From contig OZ255842.1 of assembly GCA_965277805.1 (NCBI GenBank), forward strand, positions 5,216,001 through 5,280,000: a stretch of 64,000 bases of DNA. Reading direction: 5' to 3'. How positions within the stretch are numbered: the first letter of the stretch is position 1; every line of letters begins with the position of its first letter. Source of the stretch: Candidatus Lustribacter sp. GTDB taxonomy: Bacteria > Vulcanimicrobiota > Vulcanimicrobiia > Vulcanimicrobiales > Vulcanimicrobiaceae. The position numbers were made by a program, and so were the translations under genes. The notes beneath the pieces are model-generated. The model was given only the letters and a program-made list of their open reading frames with translations, was not told the DNA's origin and did not search any database. Positions 35,820 through 45,390 of this stretch are shown here, piece by piece.

Positions 35820-36583
35820 TCCCGTATCTTCGGCGCCGCCTCGATCAAGCCGTTTGCCAGGGCCACATCCGAAGCGCGGTCCACGTTGACGGCCAGTTCC
35901 GGATAGGGGCTCGCGATCGCACCGGCCGGCGCATTCAAGATGGCGCTCGCGCGGCGTTCGGCGGCCGCGATGGTTAGCGACCCCAGCGCGAAGCGCGGCA
36001 TGATGTCCCACCCCAGGAGCGATGCCAGCCGCAGCGGCGATTTGCGGGCGGCGCCGAGATCGTCGAGAATGCCGCGCAGGGCCGGCAAGACGCGCGGTTT
36101 GAGCGCCACCAGCCCGCCGCCGCAGAACCGACCTTCGGCCATTCTCGCCCACGTGTGCGGCACGCTCGGATACGCATCGAGATGATCGCGCTGGCTGACG
36201 ATCGAGTAGGCGAGGTCCAAGTCGCGCGCTTGCGCCGCGGCGAGAAATTCGCTGACCGCGGCGACCGAGAGCACGGGGAGATCCGACGCCGCGATCAAGA
36301 CGAGCTCGTCCGGCGGCAATCCCGCGAGCCCTGCGGTCAAGCTGTCGACCATGCGCGCGCCGTCGGGGCGCCGTTCGTCCGCGGCCGCCAACACCTGCGA
36401 TGCGTGCGTCGCTTGCGGTGCGACCACGATGATGCGCGCGATCTCGGGCGTGCTGCGCAGCACGCCGATCACGCGCTGCACGAGCGCGACGCCGCCGATC
36501 TCCACAAAGGCTTTGTTGGGTACGGCGGTCGCCGTCGCCGAAACGGCATCGGGCGGTCCGCCGGCGAGAACGACCGCGTTCAC
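35816..36583 (-). CDS. MobA-like nucleotidyltransferase (NTP_transf_3 type)
   Basis: AVVLAGG, NKAFVEIGG, AASDLP, NVDRASD; GTG 36583. Confidence 0.78.
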   Translation of the reverse strand: MNAVVLAGGPPDAVSATATAVPNKAFVEIGGVALVQRVIGVLRSTPEIARIIVVAPQATHASQVLAAADERRPDGARMVDSLTAGLAGLPPDELVLIAASDLPVLSVAAVSEFLAAAQARDLDLAYSIVSQRDHLDAYPSVPHTWARMAEGRFCGGGLVALKPRVLPALRGILDDLGAARKSPLRLASLLGWDIMPRFALGSLTIAAAERRASAILNAPAGAIASPYPELAVNVDRASDVALANGLIEAAPKIRE

Positions 36584-37470
36584 GCCGCGCCCGGCCGGCG
36601 CCACTCGTTCGCGGTCGCCAGCGGCACGACATAGAGCCTTGCGCCGGCGGGCAATGCGATTGCCTCGGCGAGAGCGCGCGCGGCGGCTTCGCCGGGCAAC
36701 AGCGCGAAGGTTGCGCCGCCCGAACCCGAGAGCATCGCATGCGCGGCGCCGGCGTCGCGCAATGCGCGCAATGCGGCCGCCACCGGCGGATATGCGTCCG
36801 CGATCAGTGGTTCGAAGTCATTGGTCGCGGCGCTGATGGCCGCGGCGTAATCCGCGCGCTGCACTGCTTCGAGCGCCCGGATGCTGGCCGATTCCGCGCG
36901 CGCACGCGTCTGCGCGGGAACGCCGGCGCGCTCGGCGGCCAAACGCCGATAGGCATCGCCGGTGTCGACGTGCACGTCGGGCGCGACGATGACGACCCAC
37001 CACGGCGGCAGCGCGCCGAGGGCCGTCACGCGTTCGCCGGTGCCTTCGACGAGCGCGCCGGTGCCGGTGAGAAAGAACGGGATGTCGGAGCCGAGCGCGC
37101 GCGCTGCGGCTATCCAGTCCTGCGGCGCAACCGCGCCCAGCGTGCCGTCGATCGCCGCGCGCAGGATCGCGGCGGCGTCGGAGGAGCCGCCGCCGAGTCC
37201 GGCGCCGACCGGAATGCGTTTGCGCAACGCGACCGCCAGCGGCGCGTGCGAGATGCCGGCGGCGGCAAACGCGCGCACGACGAGATTGTCGCCGTTATCG
37301 CCGGCGAGCGCGGGTTCGCACGAAAACGCGAAGCGCTCGGCCGGTTCGATCGCGATCTCATCTTCGAGCGCGACCGGCAGCATGATGCTGCGCAGACGAT
37401 GATAGCCGTCGTCTTGACGGTTGAGGATTTCCAGCGTGAGATTGACTTTGGCGGGCGCCCGGGCGATCAC
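36580..37470 (-). CDS. ispE: 4-diphosphocytidyl-2-C-methyl-D-erythritol kinase
   Basis: APAKVNLTL, DGYH, KRIPVGAGLGGGSSDAAA, LGSDIPFF, NDFE, MLSGSGGATF. Confidence 0.93.
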   Translation of the reverse strand: MIARAPAKVNLTLEILNRQDDGYHRLRSIMLPVALEDEIAIEPAERFAFSCEPALAGDNGDNLVVRAFAAAGISHAPLAVALRKRIPVGAGLGGGSSDAAAILRAAIDGTLGAVAPQDWIAAARALGSDIPFFLTGTGALVEGTGERVTALGALPPWWVVIVAPDVHVDTGDAYRRLAAERAGVPAQTRARAESASIRALEAVQRADYAAAISAATNDFEPLIADAYPPVAAALRALRDAGAAHAMLSGSGGATFALLPGEAAARALAEAIALPAGARLYVVPLATANEWRRPGAA

Positions 37471-37496
37471 TAGCGGAGCTTTCGCTACGCGCCCCG

Positions 37497-39959
37497 GTGT
37501 CCCTGATGGGAGGCCGCGTCGGAGAAGTGGGCGTAGCGAACGGCGTGGACGCAAGGTATGATGCGCAGCGTGGAGAGTTCTGCGCGTACGTGCTGTCCGA
37601 ATCGGAAACGCCGTTCGGCCTCACGCTCGGGAACTTTAAGACCTTCGCGACCTCAACGCCCAAGGGCGGCATCCGCGGATTGTGGGATGCGGACACCGAC
37701 CAGATCATCTTCGGCGCGCACCAGGTCGCCTATCGCGTCGGCGATCATCCGACGCTCTTTCCGCAGCAGATCACGCGGGAGCTCACGTTCTTACCGTACG
37801 CGCAGATCGCGGAGTTCGAGGTCGCGGCCGGGCTGCGCGTGACCGAGGCGTTCTACGTTCCGCACGGGCCCAAGCACGATCGCGTCGTCAGCTTCGTCGT
37901 CGACATCACGATCCACAATCCGGGCGCCGAAGCGGCCACGGTCAAGGTGTTCCCGTGGGCGCTCCTGGTCGGCCAGCGTTTCTACGGCGAACCGGAAAAG
38001 GAAGTGCGCGCGAGTCGTGAGGGCGACTTCATCCGGAGCTTCGGTGAAGATTCGGGCTATGCGCGCTGGTGGGGCGGCTCGCGCAAGCCGGCGGCCGTCG
38101 TTGTGGCACTGCGCGAGCAGTCGCTGCTCGGCGCGATGCGCGACGGCGATCTGGCACCGGCCGTGCACCTCGATGAAGTAACCCCGCAACTCGCCGAGTT
38201 CGTGAACCGCCGCATCTTCGGCGCGCTCGAGTACGTGATCGACGTCGAAGCCGGCGCGCGCGAAAGCCTGCGGGTCGCGGTCGTGTTTCATAAGGACGGC
38301 GATGCGGCGTCGAAGCCGGTGCTCGAGCAGCTGCTGGGCGATGACACCGCGCTGCACGAGACGCAGCGCTACTACGCGCGTCACCTCGCCGACGCACGCT
38401 TGATGACGCCCTCGCCGCTCGTGAACCGCGGCGTCGTGTGGGCGAAAGTCAACATGCTGCGCGTGATCAAGGAATATCCGCAGGGCTGGGGCTCGACGAA
38501 TTCCCCGCCGTCGGACATCCTGGTCTCGCGCGACACGTCGTGGTTCGTGCACGGCTACGACTACCTCTTGCCCGAGTTCAGCCGCAACGCGATCGAGCTC
38601 TTCAACCGCTTTCTCGAACCGAGCGGGCAGGTGGTCGAATACGTGCGCGGCGTCAACGGCTTCAAGACGTCCTACGAGCTCAACATCAACGACGACACCC
38701 CGTTGCACATCATCGCGATCCTGCACCACTATAACGCGACGCTCGACGATGCGTGGCTGCACGGCGTGTACCCGCTCGTGCGCAAGATCACCGACTACAT
38801 GCTCTCGCAGCGCGACGCCAACGGCTTGATCTACTGCAAGGCCGCCGGGGTCGACATGTTCGGCATCACGTCGTGGCGCAACATCATCCCGTACTACACG
38901 CTCGACGGCGCGGTCACCGAGATCAACGCCGAAGCGTACTACGCGGTCGAGGCGGCGGCGAAGCTTGCGGCGATTTGCGAAGCGAACGACGACTGGAGCC
39001 GCTGGGCCGGCGAAGCGAACGCGCTGCGCGCGGCGATCCTGGCGAAACTCTACAACGCCGACACGTCCGCCTTCGTCCTCAACTACGATCAAGACGGGAA
39101 CTATCAGGACAACTTTACGGCCGACGAAATCTTCCCCGTGCTTTTCGACGTGGCCGACGAGCCGGCGCGCAAGGTGATCCTCAAGCGATTGCTCGAGCCC
39201 GACTTCGTTACGCCGGTCGGTTTGCGCACGATCTCGACGGCCGATAGCTGGTACTTTCCCTCGCACGGCTTCGGGCTGCTCGGCGGCGTGTGGCCGGATC
39301 TCACCCTGTGGTTCGCGGTGGCGCTGGCACGAAACGGGTCGCACCGCCAGGCGGTGAATTTTCTCGAGGTGATCTACGCATCGATGGAAGCGGGAACCGC
39401 GCGCAATACGGTCCCCGGTCAGTTCGGGGAATGGTTCGACGGCGGCTCGCTGACCAATCGCGGCATGTATCTCTCGCCCTGGACGGGCGCAAAGTATCTG
39501 TGGGCCGTGGCGGAGACCGTCTGCGGGATCGACGGCTACCGCACGAGCGGGCGCCTGCACTTCGTGCCCCGGGTGCCGCCGGAGTGGCGGTGGACGGCGG
39601 CCGCACGCGTGCATTGGGGCGGCAAACGCCACACCTACGTGATGGACCATGTCGGCAAGCGCATCATCGGCGACGTTCAGGCGGCCTCGGCCGACGAGCC
39701 GTACACGGTGTTTTATGCCGGCCGCGATGTCAGCGACGAGGCGACCGTCTCGCCGGTCGACGTCGCTGCGATCGTGTTCGAGGACGACGCCAACGCCCTG
39801 CGGCTGTTCGTCTGCAACCCCGCCGACCAGGCCCGGCACGTCGCGATCGAGTTCCGGGGCCGGATGATCCGCAAGAGCATCGAAGCGGGCGCCATGCTGG
39901 AACTGGTGCTGAGCGGCCACCCGCGGCTCGTCGACGCGATGCCGGTGGCCCTTGCGTAG
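37497..39959 (+). CDS. (alpha/alpha)6 glycoside hydrolase, amylo-alpha-1,6-glucosidase/GDE-like; exact start uncertain
   Basis: SRDTSW, DDTPL, SWRN, VTEINAE, TPVGLRTIS, GGVWP, FGEWFDG. Confidence 0.72.
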   Translation: MSLMGGRVGEVGVANGVDARYDAQRGEFCAYVLSESETPFGLTLGNFKTFATSTPKGGIRGLWDADTDQIIFGAHQVAYRVGDHPTLFPQQITRELTFLPYAQIAEFEVAAGLRVTEAFYVPHGPKHDRVVSFVVDITIHNPGAEAATVKVFPWALLVGQRFYGEPEKEVRASREGDFIRSFGEDSGYARWWGGSRKPAAVVVALREQSLLGAMRDGDLAPAVHLDEVTPQLAEFVNRRIFGALEYVIDVEAGARESLRVAVVFHKDGDAASKPVLEQLLGDDTALHETQRYYARHLADARLMTPSPLVNRGVVWAKVNMLRVIKEYPQGWGSTNSPPSDILVSRDTSWFVHGYDYLLPEFSRNAIELFNRFLEPSGQVVEYVRGVNGFKTSYELNINDDTPLHIIAILHHYNATLDDAWLHGVYPLVRKITDYMLSQRDANGLIYCKAAGVDMFGITSWRNIIPYYTLDGAVTEINAEAYYAVEAAAKLAAICEANDDWSRWAGEANALRAAILAKLYNADTSAFVLNYDQDGNYQDNFTADEIFPVLFDVADEPARKVILKRLLEPDFVTPVGLRTISTADSWYFPSHGFGLLGGVWPDLTLWFAVALARNGSHRQAVNFLEVIYASMEAGTARNTVPGQFGEWFDGGSLTNRGMYLSPWTGAKYLWAVAETVCGIDGYRTSGRLHFVPRVPPEWRWTAAARVHWGGKRHTYVMDHVGKRIIGDVQAASADEPYTVFYAGRDVSDEATVSPVDVAAIVFEDDANALRLFVCNPADQARHVAIEFRGRMIRKSIEAGAMLELVLSGHPRLVDAMPVALA

Positions 39960-40347
39960 CCGGCGCCCCCGCACGGCAATGGCGCTGGTCGGGATGGGCA
40001 TCGTTCTGCTGGCAGCCGTGGCGGTCGGTCAGCAAATCGGCGAGCACACGATCTTCGGCGCCACCGGGCACCGGGTCGAGATTCCGGAGCCCACGATCAC
40101 GCCGGTCGCGGCCGAGACGGGCCCGGCCGAGGAGATCTCGCGCAATTGGAAGCGCTTGCAAGTGGTCTCGGTGGCCACCGACCCGGCCTTTCCGGACCCG
40201 CGCGTGACCCCGCGGCCGACGCCTTCGCCGCGCCCAACGCCATCGCCCAAGCCGTCTCCGACCATCAACCCGGCCGAGCTCTACACGGCGCCGCCGCTGT
40301 TCCAGCCGACGCCCTCGGCGGCCCCGATTGCGACCCCCAGCCCCTGA
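39952..40347 (+). CDS. membrane-anchored Pro/Thr-rich hypothetical protein
   Basis: N-terminal hydrophobic helix and [15 protein letters not shown] tail; fills the gap between the GH gene and pdxS. Confidence 0.6.
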   Translation: MRSRRPRTAMALVGMGIVLLAAVAVGQQIGEHTIFGATGHRVEIPEPTITPVAAETGPAEEISRNWKRLQVVSVATDPAFPDPRVTPRPTPSPRPTPSPKPSPTINPAELYTAPPLFQPTPSAAPIATPSP

Positions 40348-40385
40348 CATTGCACGAAATCGCAAATCCTGGGACAATAGACGGT

Positions 40386-41285
40386 ATGGATTCGCAAAAG
40401 CACACCGGAACCGATACCGTCAAGCGTGGTTTAGCCCAGATGCTCAAGGGCGGCGTCATCATGGACGTCGTCACGCCGGAGCAAGCCGTCGTGGCCCAGG
40501 AGGCCGGCGCGGTTGCCGTCATGGCGCTCGAACGCATCCCGGCCGACATCCGCCGCGACGGCGGCGTGGCGCGCATGAGCGACCTCGAGCTGATCGCGCG
40601 CATCATGGATGCCGTCACGATTCCGGTCATGGCGAAAGTCCGCATCGGCCATCTGGCGGAAGCGCAAACGCTGCAGGCGCTCGGCGTCGACTTCATCGAC
40701 GAGTCCGAAGTGCTCACGCCGGCCGATGACAAGTATCACGTGAACAAACACAAGTACGACGTGCCGTTCGTGTGCGGAGCGCGCGATCTGGGCGAAGCGC
40801 TGCGGCGAATTGCCGAAGGCGCCGCGATGATTCGCAGCAAGGGCGAAGCGGGCAGCGGCAACATCGTCGAGGCCGTGCGCCACATCCGCGCGATCACCGA
40901 TGAGATCAACATCCTCTCGGCGATTCCGGAAGAAGAACTCGTCGCGCGCGCGCGCGATCTGGGCGCGCCGCTCGATCTCGTGCAGTACGTCGCGCGTGAG
41001 AAGAAGCTGCCGGTCGTGCTGTTCTGCGCCGGCGGCGTCTCGACGCCGGCCGATGCCGCGCTGATGATGCAGCTCGGCGCCGAGGGCATTTTCGTCGGCA
41101 GCGGCATCTTCAAGTCCAAACAGCCGGCGAAGTTTGCCAAAGCGATCGTCGATGCGACCACGCACTACAACGACCCGGCTGTAATCGTTGCCGCTCACCG
41201 CGAACTCGCGGGCGCGGCCGCGATGCCCGGCATCGACCTGCGCGGCTTAGCCGAAAACGAACTCCTCGCGTCGCGCGGGAATTAA
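40386..41285 (+). CDS. pdxS: pyridoxal 5'-phosphate synthase lyase subunit
   Basis: [55 protein letters not shown]. Confidence 0.96.
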   Translation: MDSQKHTGTDTVKRGLAQMLKGGVIMDVVTPEQAVVAQEAGAVAVMALERIPADIRRDGGVARMSDLELIARIMDAVTIPVMAKVRIGHLAEAQTLQALGVDFIDESEVLTPADDKYHVNKHKYDVPFVCGARDLGEALRRIAEGAAMIRSKGEAGSGNIVEAVRHIRAITDEINILSAIPEEELVARARDLGAPLDLVQYVAREKKLPVVLFCAGGVSTPADAALMMQLGAEGIFVGSGIFKSKQPAKFAKAIVDATTHYNDPAVIVAAHRELAGAAAMPGIDLRGLAENELLASRGN

Positions 41286-41300
41286 CGCCAGAGCAAAATC

Positions 41301-41873
41301 TTGAAACGGATTGGGGTTCTCGCACTGCAGGGCGATGTGGTGGAACATCTGCACGCCTTGCGGCGTTCGGGCGTTGAAGCGTTCGAGGTGAAGAACGAGC
41401 GCGATTTGGCGAGCGCCGATGCGCTCATCGTGCCGGGCGGCGAATCGACGACCGTGATCCGCTTGCTCGAGCGGTTCGGTTTGGTCGAGCCTATCAAGGC
41501 TCGCGTGCGCGACGGCATGCCGTTTTGGGGCACGTGCATGGGGATGATCGTTGCCGCGAGCGACGTCGCCGATTTGGAACAGGACACGTTGGGTTTGCTC
41601 GACATCACGGTGCGCCGCAACGCGTTCGGACGCCAGATCGCGTCAGCCGAAGTCGATTTGGACGTGCCGGTGCTCGGCCCCGAGCCGTTTCCGGCGATCT
41701 TCATCCGCGCACCGTGGGTCGAGCGCGCCGGCGCCGGCGTGGACGTGCTCGCATCGCAAGATGGGCACGGCGTGTTCGTGCGTCAGGGCAACGTGATCGG
41801 TACGTCGTTTCATCCCGAACTGACGGGCGACGACCGGCTGCACGAATATTTTATTGCGCTGCTGAAAGCGTAA
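41301..41873 (+). CDS. pdxT: PLP synthase glutaminase subunit
   Basis: GVLALQGD, PGGESTT, GTCMG, RNAFGRQ, FIRAP, FHPEL. Confidence 0.95.
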   Translation: MKRIGVLALQGDVVEHLHALRRSGVEAFEVKNERDLASADALIVPGGESTTVIRLLERFGLVEPIKARVRDGMPFWGTCMGMIVAASDVADLEQDTLGLLDITVRRNAFGRQIASAEVDLDVPVLGPEPFPAIFIRAPWVERAGAGVDVLASQDGHGVFVRQGNVIGTSFHPELTGDDRLHEYFIALLKA

Positions 41874-42252
41874 AGATCATTCGCACGTGCGTGCCGTCGC
41901 CGACGTCGACGGTGACGTTTTGCGCGATCGCTTTCACGATCTTCATACCGAAGCCGCGGTTGGGGCGCGGCGCCCGCTCGATGAACGTTCCGCGATCGAA
42001 CACGTCGACGGCGAGGGTATCGTCGCCATCGAGCCGTGCCAGCAGCTCGATCTCGTTTTCGTCCCGGCCTTCGTAGGCGTGTTCGACGACGTTTGCGAGC
42101 GCCTCACCAACGGCCGTAAGAATGTCGTCGCGCTGCGAATCGGCGACGCGGCCCGATGCGGTAAGAAAAGCCTCCACGGCATGACGAATCGGTCGCGCGG
42201 CTTCGGGGCGTGCAATGCGATTGATCCGCAGCTCCGAATAGCCGCCCATCAT
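41851..42252 (-). CDS. RsbW-like anti-sigma factor / HATPase_c Ser kinase
   Basis: AVGEALANVVEHAY, VFDRG, RGFGMKIV, GTHVRM. Confidence 0.85.
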   Translation of the reverse strand: MMGGYSELRINRIARPEAARPIRHAVEAFLTASGRVADSQRDDILTAVGEALANVVEHAYEGRDENEIELLARLDGDDTLAVDVFDRGTFIERAPRPNRGFGMKIVKAIAQNVTVDVGDGTHVRMIFTLSAAQ

Positions 42253-42575
42253 TCGCGTACGGCCCCGGAAAGATCGGTCAGGGCTTCGGCGCGGCTTTCG
42301 AAAATGCGAAACGCGTGTCCGAGCCCTGCGTATTGGATCAGGCGCGCGAACTGTTTGCTGCCGATCACGATCGCGACCGGTACGTTGCGTTCGGCGGCGG
42401 CTTCGCGAAAGCGCAGCATCTCGGCGAGCGAACTCGAATCGGCGTAGGTAACCTCGGAGAAATCGAGCAGCACGGCGGCTTCGTCGCCGCTGACGACGAG
42501 CGCTTGTGCGATCTCGGCGCGGCGGCCGATCTCGAGTTCGCCGCTCAAGCGGATGACGGCAATCGACTTGCTCAT
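42249..42575 (-). CDS. STAS anti-sigma-factor antagonist (RsbV-like)
   Basis: LSGELE, LDFSEVTYADSSSL (phosphoacceptor Ser region). Confidence 0.88.
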   Translation of the reverse strand: MSKSIAVIRLSGELEIGRRAEIAQALVVSGDEAAVLLDFSEVTYADSSSLAEMLRFREAAAERNVPVAIVIGSKQFARLIQYAGLGHAFRIFESRAEALTDLSGAVRE

Positions 42576-44080
42576 CAGGCTACCTTCCTGGCGAGCCGTT
42601 CTTGCGGATCGCCGTGCCGCACCGCCAGCCGTCCGGAGAATGCGGTCTGCGCGTTGTCGGCGGAGACGCGAACGCCGAGTGCCGGATCCGCGGCGAAGCC
42701 GATCGTGAGAATGGCGACGTCGTCGCCGACCGCGCGGCCGTCGAAGACGGTGTCGCGGATGAACGTTGCGGGATCGGGCGGGGCGGAGCGCGCAGCGTCG
42801 GCCGCCGCGGCCAGCAGGATCGCTTCGCCTTCGATCACGTCGCGCGAATGCTCGATAGCGCCGTCGGTGTAGAGCACGAGCATGGCGCCGGGAACGCTCT
42901 GGACCCGGTGCGTGACGTAGTCGTTGTCGTGCATCGCACCGAGCGGCAGCGAACCGAACTCGAGCATGCGCGGGGGCCGGCCGGGCTCGATCAGGACCGG
43001 CGGCGGATGACCCGCCGACGCGTAAACGAATTCGTAAGTGTTGGCATCGGCGTAACCGGCGACAGCGGTGACGAGCGGCGCCTTGCCGGCGTAGACTTCG
43101 CGGGCGACGCGCGCCAAGAGCGGCGCCGGCGTCGGATCGAGCAGCGCCGATGAGATCAGCGCTTGGCGGACGCGATTCATCGTCACGGCCGCGTCGATGC
43201 CGTGACCGGTGACATCGCCGATCGCGAAGAGCACGCGGTTCCCGGGTAATTCGAGCGCATCGTACCAGTCGCCGCCGACGCGAGTTTCTTCGGTCGCCGG
43301 AACGTAGGTGGCACTGAAGCGGAACGTCGGATGCGTCGGCAGCGGGCGTTGCGCGAACGCGTCCTGCAGCGTATCGGCGATGCGCTTCTCGGTGACGTAG
43401 GCCGCGCGCAGCACCTCCGCTTCGCGCTCGCGCGCTTCGGCCGCGGCGCGCTCGCGTTCGACGCGTTCGGCCAGTGCGGCTTGCTGGACGGCGTACAGCA
43501 GGGAGATGAGCAGCACGAGTGCGACCGCGCCGCCGGTCAGTAAGCTGATATGATCGATCGCTTGCGCGGCTTCTGCGGTGACGCTCGCTTCACGCTGGGT
43601 GAGCATGCCGTCGATCGTTGCGACATCGCCGCGAAACCGGTCCACCAGCTGCTTGCCGTGCTGCTCGATCGCGTCGGTGTTGCCCCGAGCGGCTATCAGC
43701 GGCTGGGCGACCGTACGCAAGTAGGCGGCATTTAAGGAAATCATGTCGTCAACGGCGGCGGTGACCTTCAGGTCGTAGAATTCGGCGGCTTCGGCGCGTA
43801 ATTGCGCCACGGTGGCCGGGAATGGTTTCAACGCTTCGTAGTACGGCTGCAAGAACACCCGGTTGTGGGTGGCAGCGTAGCCGCGCACCCCCGTTTCTTC
43901 GTCGAGCATATACCGTAGGCTGCCGTAAGCCAAGCCGCGTGTCGTCGCGAGATCGGCTGCCGTCTTGAACGACTGGCTGATGACGGTGCGGACGTAGAAT
44001 CCGCCGCCCACCAGTAGAATGATGACGACCGCAGCGTACACGGCGGCAAGGATCAGCTCTCGACGGCGATTGTTCCCCAC
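42575..44080 (-). CDS. CHASE3 sensor / SpoIIE-type PP2C phosphatase (RsbU-like)
   Basis: TM-DEETGVRGY...FLQPY-TM, then VGGDWYD, IGDVTGHG, AGHPPP, LYTDG, DDVAIL; GTG 44080. Confidence 0.88.
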   Translation of the reverse strand: MGNNRRRELILAAVYAAVVIILLVGGGFYVRTVISQSFKTAADLATTRGLAYGSLRYMLDEETGVRGYAATHNRVFLQPYYEALKPFPATVAQLRAEAAEFYDLKVTAAVDDMISLNAAYLRTVAQPLIAARGNTDAIEQHGKQLVDRFRGDVATIDGMLTQREASVTAEAAQAIDHISLLTGGAVALVLLISLLYAVQQAALAERVERERAAAEAREREAEVLRAAYVTEKRIADTLQDAFAQRPLPTHPTFRFSATYVPATEETRVGGDWYDALELPGNRVLFAIGDVTGHGIDAAVTMNRVRQALISSALLDPTPAPLLARVAREVYAGKAPLVTAVAGYADANTYEFVYASAGHPPPVLIEPGRPPRMLEFGSLPLGAMHDNDYVTHRVQSVPGAMLVLYTDGAIEHSRDVIEGEAILLAAAADAARSAPPDPATFIRDTVFDGRAVGDDVAILTIGFAADPALGVRVSADNAQTAFSGRLAVRHGDPQERLARKVA

Positions 44081-44137
44081 GGCGCCGCTTCTTTCGGGGC
44101 CGAAGTATTTCGGCCTGGAAGTGCCGAACCGGCCTTC

Positions 44138-44398
44138 ATGTCGACCGCGCCCGACGCGCTCGCCACGCCGAGCATCGACGCCCTTGTGGGCGAGATGATC
44201 GCGACGTTGGCGCTCGCTGCGAACGCTTACCTCGATCCGAAGGACGGCCCGTCCGATATCGACGCGGCAGCCCTGGCCTGCGATGTCGCGGGCCTCGCGT
44301 TCGAGCGAATAGCGCCCAGGTTGAGGGCCGAGGAGCGAGCCGGCTTGGCCGGGTTGCTCACGCAAATTCGTCTGACCATTGTCAAGAAGCGAGGCTAG
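44138..44398 (+). CDS. small helical protein, DUF1844-like
   Basis: DIDAAALACDVAG...LRAEERAGLAGLLTQIRLTIV pattern; coding-like codon usage. Confidence 0.6.
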   Translation: MSTAPDALATPSIDALVGEMIATLALAANAYLDPKDGPSDIDAAALACDVAGLAFERIAPRLRAEERAGLAGLLTQIRLTIVKKRG

Positions 44399-44444
44399 CC
44401 ATGCCTCGCTTCTTCGTCTCTCCCGGCCTCATCCGAGGGAAATC

Positions 44445-44978
44445 GTGAACGACGTCCTGGTCCTGAACTTTACCTACGAAGCCCTGAACATCACCACGTT
44501 CCAGCGAGCGGTGAAGCTGATCTTTTCGGGCAAGGCCGAGGTCGTCCATGGCCGCGACCACCGCCTGGCCTCACCGACGTTCGAGATGCGGATGCCCTCG
44601 ATCATCCGCATGCTCTACTACATCCGCCGCCCGATGCAGAAGGTCGCGCTGACCAAGAAGAACATCTTGCTGCGAGACAACTACGAGTGCCAGTACTGCG
44701 GCCTCAAGGGCGAGCGGATGATGACGGTCGACCACGTGCACCCGCGAAGTAAGGGCGGCCCGTCGACCTGGGAAAATCTGGTCTGCGCCTGCATGCGCTG
44801 CAATAACCGCAAGAACAACCGCACGCCCGAGCACGCCAACATGCTCCTCAAGCGCAAGCCAAAAGCGCCGAAGTATATACCGTGGATACGCGTGAAGCGC
44901 AACACCCTGCCGGGGGAGTGGCACAAGTTCTTGTTCCTCTACAACGTCTCGATCGACGAGCACGTGGAGAGTTCGTGA
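44445..44978 (+). CDS. HNH endonuclease (McrA-like)
   Basis: VLVLNFTYE, PSIIRM, LRDNYECQYCG, TVDHVHPRSKGG, WENLVCACMRCNNRK. Confidence 0.9.
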   Translation: MNDVLVLNFTYEALNITTFQRAVKLIFSGKAEVVHGRDHRLASPTFEMRMPSIIRMLYYIRRPMQKVALTKKNILLRDNYECQYCGLKGERMMTVDHVHPRSKGGPSTWENLVCACMRCNNRKNNRTPEHANMLLKRKPKAPKYIPWIRVKRNTLPGEWHKFLFLYNVSIDEHVESS

Positions 44979-45000
44979 CGGCCCTCCCGGAGGGACGCTA

Positions 45001-45378
45001 ATCGAAGAGCCGGCGGCCTTCGGCGACCTCGATTTCGGCGAGGAGCCGCTCGCGTTCGAGACCCTGGAAGACAGCCCGGTCGCTCCCGTCGCTCCCGCTC
45101 GTCCCGGCGCTCGCAGCAGTGCGGGCGCTCACACCGAGTCCGAGGTACCCCCGCCGGTCGCGCCGGAAACGGCCGCCGCGACGTCGAGCGGAATCGCTTA
45201 TATTACGGTGACGGACGCGGCCGGACGGGTGCTTTTCCGCCGCGCCGCGACCCCCAACGAGGTCGCCGACGCGCTCCGCTCGGCCGACTCGGCCCAAGCC
45301 GAGGGGGAGGCGGCGATGGATCGCATCTCGTACGAGAGGTTGTACTCCGAACTCAACGCAGCCCCCAAGAATCTGTAG
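45001..45378 (+). CDS. hypothetical protein (125 aa) with probable non-canonical ATC start
   Basis: Not in the ORF track. Stop-free frame IEEPAAFGDLDFGEEPLAFETLEDSP...GIAYITVTDAAGRVLFRR...ISYERLYSELNAAPKNL; SD GGAGG 7 nt before ATC 45001. Confidence 0.6.
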   Translation: MEEPAAFGDLDFGEEPLAFETLEDSPVAPVAPARPGARSSAGAHTESEVPPPVAPETAAATSSGIAYITVTDAAGRVLFRRAATPNEVADALRSADSAQAEGEAAMDRISYERLYSELNAAPKNL

Positions 45379-45390
45379 GGAGATCCCCGC

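Noticed and set aside
37791-40001. 736-aa antisense ORF and the many other long overlapping ORFs in the track
   Set aside because: Shadow frames of high-GC genes: Arg/Ala/Pro-rich, no motifs, and opposite or out of frame to well-supported genes.
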